Origin: Candidatus Saccharimonadota bacterium
GTDB taxonomy: Bacteria; Bacteroidota; Bacteroidia; Cytophagales; Amoebophilaceae
Assembly (NCBI RefSeq): GCF_936981045.1
Contig: NZ_OW441264.1
Span: forward strand, 1,020,001-1,052,000
Length of the DNA stretch: 32,000 bases
Direction of reading: 5' to 3'
Shown: positions 27,753-32,000 of the stretch, piece by piece
How positions within the stretch are numbered: the stretch's first letter is position 1
Layout: the number at the start of each line of letters is the position of its first letter
Program-made: the position numbers and the translations under genes
Notes under the pieces: model-generated
The model's database searches: none
Told to the model about the DNA's origin: nothing
The model's input: only the letters and a program-made list of their open reading frames with translations

Positions 27753-27823
27753 ACAGGAGATGTGACACAGTTTATAGAACACTTCCGATTTTTTCAGTCC
27801 AGTATAATATTTATACTATAAAA

Positions 27824-28324
27824 TCAGTGATTATACCATAAAGGTGGTTCTCTGTTAATCCATTTAGGTGATAATTTATCATGGTGCCATTTTGCATTGA
27901 GATATTTTTTATAAGCTTCACAAGGATCGCTAATATGCTTAAAATCTACCTGCATGATTTCTGATTTAGTACAATTAGGAAATGGAGTTATTATACCATC
28001 TTGAATATCAGAGCTGTGTTCTAACAAATATGGTAATAAATTTGTGGAAACATGTTTTTTGTTATAACGAAAACTATACTCTTCACATAATGCTACAAAA
28101 TGGTGGAATAACCAGTTCCAATTACCAATATTCAATGCAGCCCAAATAGTACATGGGTGTTTGATGTGAGTTGGTTTATAAATATTATCATAACTAACGC
28201 CACTATTAATGAATATTGCGGTACTTAACAACTGTGCCGTCTCTAAGACCATTTTAATTACACGTTTGTTATCCAAGGCTTGGGCAGATATTATAGGACA
28301 GTTATTAGTAACAAAAATATTCAT
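27824..28324 (-). CDS. Hypothetical protein (His/Trp/Cys-rich, 166 aa)
   Basis: The ATG at 28324 gives MNIFVTNNCPIISAQALDNKRVIKMVLETAQLLSTA...KHPCTIWAA...NWNWLFHHFVALCEEYSFRYNKKH... The track ORF adds 6 residues from a TTG that lies inside the IS5-like end. I cannot confidently name the family. Confidence 0.55.
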   Translation of the reverse strand: MNIFVTNNCPIISAQALDNKRVIKMVLETAQLLSTAIFINSGVSYDNIYKPTHIKHPCTIWAALNIGNWNWLFHHFVALCEEYSFRYNKKHVSTNLLPYLLEHSSDIQDGIITPFPNCTKSEIMQVDFKHISDPCEAYKKYLNAKWHHDKLSPKWINREPPLWYNH

Positions 28325-28335
28325 AAATTGAAGTT

Positions 28336-28508
28336 GTTGCAATAGAGTTTTAAGCTTTGTTATAAAAAGTGACTTTTAGTGTTATACAATGGTTAAATTA
28401 GGTTGATTCTTTAATCGTTTAAACTTAAGCTTTTTAATAATATTGTTATGGCCATCAAAACAAATAATCAATTAAGTTTTGCAGATATTTCAGCCAGTCG
28501 ACGTAAGT
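28336..28508 (+). mobile_element. IS5-family element, second 5' fragment (173 bp), truncated by the miniature IS6
   Basis: It aligns with 21148-21320 (GTTGCAATAGAGTTTTAAGCTTTGTTATAAAAAGTGACTTTTAGTGTTATACAATGG...ATGGCCATCAAAACAAAT..). Homology stops at the IS6 terminal repeat at 28509. Confidence 0.8.
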
Positions 28509-28800
28509 GGGTTCTGTCGCGTCTATAGTTTTCTTAGTATAGGTTTTTCGTTTAAGTCAAATTTTGGATATTATGCGGCCATTAAGATAGCAAAGTTCTC
28601 AAAAGTAGAAAGATGATTTTTAGCTCCTCTTACTTGTCCTTTTTGAATCATACGTTTGATAAACCTATGATCTTGTTCAACTCTATTATTCAAATATTTG
28701 TTTTGCAATATTTGAATGGTATGATCTTGATCAAGATCTGTATTGATCGCATCAAGGGCAGCTTTATTACTACCGCTTTTAGAATAAACGCGACAGAACC
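28509..28800 (-). mobile_element. Miniature IS6 derivative (292 bp) retaining both terminal repeats, with two internal deletions
   Basis: GGTTCTGTCGCGTCTATAG... is at 28509 and ...AGAATAAACGCGACAGAACC ends at 28800. Relative to copy B it lacks ~90 bp (junction CATACG/TTTGATAAACC) and ~530 bp (junction TACCGCTTTT/AGAATAAACG). No functional ORF. Confidence 0.85.
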
Positions 28801-28869
28801 ACTTTTTACAAGGGGCGGTTTTGTATTTTTTTCGTAGCATGGCCATACCGCTGAGTAGATACTAAGGAA

Positions 28870-29412
28870 TTACGCTAAAATTTGTTGAATCAGTTGACAA
28901 AGATCGCTATAAGATTCTGCAAAGAGCGGACACATATTTCCAGTTGGACTATTTTTAATTTGTATACGGTTGGCACTAAAGGTTGAACCAAAAAGCGTGT
29001 CCAATTTGTGGAGTGGATAACGAAACAACAAATGGCCATCCTTATCTTTATCTTTATCAGTAGTGAGATCCATCACAATGGCTATTAACTTACATAACTT
29101 ATATTTATTTTTCATGGTAGAAGCCAATTCCATAAAGTTATCTAAACCAACTGGTATCATATGGTTATGTTCAGGAAGAATGAGCACTAACTTTTCTATT
29201 ATGGACAGGGTATCTTGTAATGCTGTTAACTTTTCTTGTTGAATTTCTAAAGGTTCGCTAGACGAACATTGTATTAACTTTTCTAAGCTGATGGTTTCTA
29301 ATGCTGTATCACACCCCTTTGCTTCCAATGCACCAGCACACCAACAACTAAAATTTTCTGGAAAGGGATTACCAGGCTCGGTTGTAGTGAGAATAAGCAC
29401 CTTAGTTTTCAT
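28870..29412 (-). CDS. Hypothetical protein, possible flavodoxin-like fold / NAD(P)H-dependent FMN reductase-like
   Basis: 180 aa. MKTKVLILTTT..., then ..IEKLVLILPEHNHMIPVGLDNFMEL.., resembles the ..AD.lvivtPEYNgsipg.LKN.iD.. core of NADPH-dependent FMN reductases. The match is only loose. Confidence 0.4.
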   Translation of the reverse strand: MKTKVLILTTTEPGNPFPENFSCWCAGALEAKGCDTALETISLEKLIQCSSSEPLEIQQEKLTALQDTLSIIEKLVLILPEHNHMIPVGLDNFMELASTMKNKYKLCKLIAIVMDLTTDKDKDKDGHLLFRYPLHKLDTLFGSTFSANRIQIKNSPTGNMCPLFAESYSDLCQLIQQILA

Positions 29413-29438
29413 GCTGCGGCATTTCTTTAAACTTGATA

Positions 29439-29678
29439 ACGTGAGTTGGGGATTATATTATTTTTTCATTTGATAATCAATATTAATAAAAATTAATAAA
29501 ATTTGTTTTATAGACAGTTAAATAGGTAGTTGAATAATAAATAATTCTGATAATCAGTTTATTATATATATTATATTTATAAAATTAGATATAAAAACTT
29601 GTTAAATAGGTGCAAATATTAACTAAATAATTGATATTAAATTGTTCTAAATCAGTCAAATAAATCCCGAACTCACGT
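29439..29678 (+). mobile_element. 240-bp MITE, copy 3
   Basis: The termini are ACGTGAGTTGGGGATT and AATCCCGAACTCACGT. It has a perfect 5-bp direct duplication TGATA (29434-29438 and 29679-29683). About 95% identical by eye to copy 1. Confidence 0.88.
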
Positions 29679-29832
29679 TGATAGACACAAATGGTAGACC
29701 ATTAAAAAATAACCCGGAAGCAACAAGATTTGCACGAATATAGCAATTATTTGTGCAAATAACGTAATATCCTTAGTTATTAGGCGTTTTGCTTTGGTAT
29801 GCTATACTATATAGTCAATGGCCTCAGCACGA

Positions 29833-30906
29833 TTATTTAGGTACTAGGCGATAGAAGGCCATACATAAGATAAAAAAGATAATATTAGGGAGCCATATGT
29901 TAAGTAGTGGGTGTTCACTTTGCGTTTCTACTACAATTTTGGCAGATAAAAAGAGCACTATATACAAACAAGCGAGTATACTACCTAAAGTAATACGCCT
30001 TCCCACACTACCCCTAAGCTTATGTGATGCCACCAAGAAACCCAAGACAATAAGAATGATAATGGCAAAAGGTGCCATATACCGAATATGTTTCTCTGCT
30101 GTGAAAAAACGTACAGTTTCGTTACCCTTATAGATCAATTTTTGAATATGTAACTCTAGTTCAGGTAAGGTCAGCCCGTCTTTTAGATTGGGGTTAATGG
30201 AAAAATCTTCTGGATGTACTGCTAAAGCAATGATTAGGCGATCCCCTGCGGTAAGTTCTTCATGTCTTGGGAAAAGGACCCGCTTTTGCCAAGATCGCAC
30301 CATCCAAGTTTGGTCCGTTGTACGCCATTGTATCTTTTCAGCATGCAATCGCTCTATTAGAGCATTATTTTTAAAAGTGTCTAAGGTTACATCATAGCCC
30401 GTATTATTGTAACTATGGTATTTAGTGATATGGAGATATTGATCAGCGCCTACCTTGAGCTGTAGGTAGTCTGATCGAGCAAAGAAACCCATGTCGAGAT
30501 ACTCTGTTTCAAACTGAACACGTGGCTTATTCCCACTAGCCAATAACCAACCCGTTAGATAAAAGTTGGCTCCAGCAAGTAGCAATGCAATGATTATATA
30601 AGGTGTGATGATACGATCTAAACTAACACCACTGCTTAATAGGGCAATAATCTCTGACCGCTTTGCAAGTCTAGTCGTCACCCAGATGGTTGTCCAAAAG
30701 ACAATAATAGGTGCTAAAAGGTTCACTATGTAAGGAATCAGTACACAGTAATAGTTAAATACCTGATAAAAGGGCAGGTGGTGTTTTTTAAAATCACTTA
30801 CATGTTCCGCTGCGTGAATAACGATAATCACTAAGGTAACGATGATAAGCACAACAAAAAAAGTGGAAAAGAACTTCTTGAAAATGTATCGATCTAGTAA
30901 CTTCAT
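29833..30906 (-). CDS. LptF/LptG family (YjgP/YjgQ) lipopolysaccharide export permease
   Basis: 357 aa. The N-terminus MKLLDRYIFKKFFSTFFVVL is typical of the family. The topology is 3 TM, then a periplasmic domain, then 3 TM. Confidence 0.8.
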   Translation of the reverse strand: MKLLDRYIFKKFFSTFFVVLIIVTLVIIVIHAAEHVSDFKKHHLPFYQVFNYYCVLIPYIVNLLAPIIVFWTTIWVTTRLAKRSEIIALLSSGVSLDRIITPYIIIALLLAGANFYLTGWLLASGNKPRVQFETEYLDMGFFARSDYLQLKVGADQYLHITKYHSYNNTGYDVTLDTFKNNALIERLHAEKIQWRTTDQTWMVRSWQKRVLFPRHEELTAGDRLIIALAVHPEDFSINPNLKDGLTLPELELHIQKLIYKGNETVRFFTAEKHIRYMAPFAIIILIVLGFLVASHKLRGSVGRRITLGSILACLYIVLFLSAKIVVETQSEHPLLNIWLPNIIFFILCMAFYRLVPK

Positions 30907-30911
30907 TTTGA

Positions 30912-32000
30912 TTAGATTTTTTCCATGATGGTTCTAAGTATATGGTTTTTCCATGCAACAAAGTTATCCTGCTGAATTTGCGTCCTAGCTTGACGAACCA
31001 ACCATAGATAAAAAGTTAAGTTATGCACACTGGCCAATTGAGCGCCTAATAGTTCTTTAGAAGTAATCAAGTGGCGCAAGTAGGCTTTTGAATAATAGCC
31101 ACTAACTGGGCCGCCTAGTGCCGCATCTATGGGACTAAAGTCATACGTCCATTTTTTGTTTTTAATGTTTAATATGCCTTGCGTGGTAAATAAAGTACCA
31201 TTGCGCCCATTTCGAGTCGGCATCACACAGTCAAACATGTCTACACCTAAGGCAATGCATTCCAAAAGATCCAGCGGTGTACCAACCCCCATTAAATAGC
31301 GCGGCTTGGATCTGGGCAAAATCGAACAAACCAATGCTGTAATTTCATAGAGTTGACCAGTAGGATGGCATACCCCCCCTATCGCATTACCAGGCCTATC
31401 CGCTGCAGCGATGGTTTCCGAAGATTGGATACGTAAATCTTTATAAATGCTGCCTTGCACAATTGGGAAAAGGGTTTGATGCGCATACTGCTCCGTTAAG
31501 GTAGCATCAAAATAATCTATGCTCCTTTTGAGCCAGCGATGGGTACGTTCCATAGAATCTTTGGCATAGTTATAACTACAAGGGTAAGGTGTACATTCAT
31601 CCAATACCATCATCACATCAGAACCAATACTGCGTTGAATATCTACGACACCTTCTGGTGTAAATAGATGCTTGGATCCATCTATATGCGAACGAAAGGT
31701 AACACCTGCTTCTGTAAGTTTACGATTGCCTGCCAGAGAGTAGACCTGATAGCCCCCACTATCGGTTAATATCGGACGATGCCATCCCATAAAGGCGTGG
31801 AGCCCTCCTGCTGCATCCAATACCTTGGTGCCTGGACGCAGATAGAGATGATAGGTATTGCCCAAGATAATATCCGCATCGACCTGGTCCTGTAATACTT
31901 GCTGTGGAATGGATTTTACCGATCCGATTGTACCTACTGGCATAAAGATAGGGGTACGAATGGTTCCTTTACTAGTAGTGATCAGCCCTGCCCTAGCTTT
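30912..32000 (-). CDS. tgt: Queuine tRNA-ribosyltransferase (5' end beyond window)
   Basis: Motifs are ..ILGNTYHL.., ..LTDSGGYQV.., ..MVLDEC.. and ..FDCVMPTRNGRNG.. The frame stays open upstream of the track Met: my translation of 31944-32000 gives KARAGLITTSKGTIRTPIF before MPVGT, matching the Tgt N-terminus. Confidence 0.92.
   Translation of the reverse strand, partial: KARAGLITTSKGTIRTPIFMPVGTIGSVKSIPQQVLQDQVDADIILGNTYHLYLRPGTKVLDAAGGLHAFMGWHRPILTDSGGYQVYSLAGNRKLTEAGVTFRSHIDGSKHLFTPEGVVDIQRSIGSDVMMVLDECTPYPCSYNYAKDSMERTHRWLKRSIDYFDATLTEQYAHQTLFPIVQGSIYKDLRIQSSETIAAADRPGNAIGGVCHPTGQLYEITALVCSILPRSKPRYLMGVGTPLDLLECIALGVDMFDCVMPTRNGRNGTLFTTQGILNIKNKKWTYDFSPIDAALGGPVSGYYSKAYLRHLITSKELLGAQLASVHNLTFYLWLVRQARTQIQQDNFVAWKNHILRTIMEKI

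Noticed and set aside
6289-29678. Repeated 240-bp and 833-bp units considered as a possible CRISPR or tandem array
   Set aside because: The repeats are far too long and dispersed, have terminal inverted repeats and target duplications, and lack regular short spacers. They are transposable elements, not CRISPR.
29291-30397. Plus-strand ORFs 29291..29473, 29897..30133 and 30188..30397
   Set aside because: They are antisense to the flavodoxin-like gene and the LptF/G permease, with no motifs.
1-32000. tRNA, rRNA and riboswitch scan of intergenic regions (for example a preQ1-type element near queA or tgt)
   Set aside because: I saw no cloverleaf-compatible sequence (no GGTTCGAATCC-like T-arm) and no recognisable riboswitch core. 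The intergenic spacers are short or IS-derived.

Overview
AT-rich bacterial chromosomal window (about 35-40% G+C, estimated by eye). Bacteroidota-type housekeeping genes sit as small islands between a very heavy load of mobile DNA. Housekeeping genes are murE (partial), ftsI, ftsL-like, a sodium:solute symporter, queA, bamA, prfB (with its programmed +1 frameshift), an MltD-like lytic transglycosylase, a DUF721 protein, pgk, an LptF/G permease and tgt (partial). From my coordinates, about one third of the window (~10.8 kb) is mobile-element sequence. This comprises seven copies or derivatives of one 833-bp IS6-family element (three intact, one frameshifted, one multiply disrupted, one 5'-truncated, one 292-bp miniature). 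It also includes IS982-like, IS5-like and IS256-like elements or fragments, a degenerate group II intron, and three copies of a 240-bp MITE that shares the IS982-like terminal repeats. There is also a ~20-repeat ankyrin protein with a signal peptide and a C-terminal di-cysteine motif, and several orphan ORFs next to IS ends. The gene content, IS load and ankyrin protein fit an obligate intracellular Bacteroidota symbiont such as Candidatus Amoebophilus asiaticus; this is inference only and needs BLAST. I found no rRNA, tRNA, CRISPR array or recognisable multi-gene defence or secretion system. The notable biology here is the mobile-element architecture: nested insertions, a MITE family, an IS-flank signature of an inversion, and IS ends fused to or abutting essential genes.
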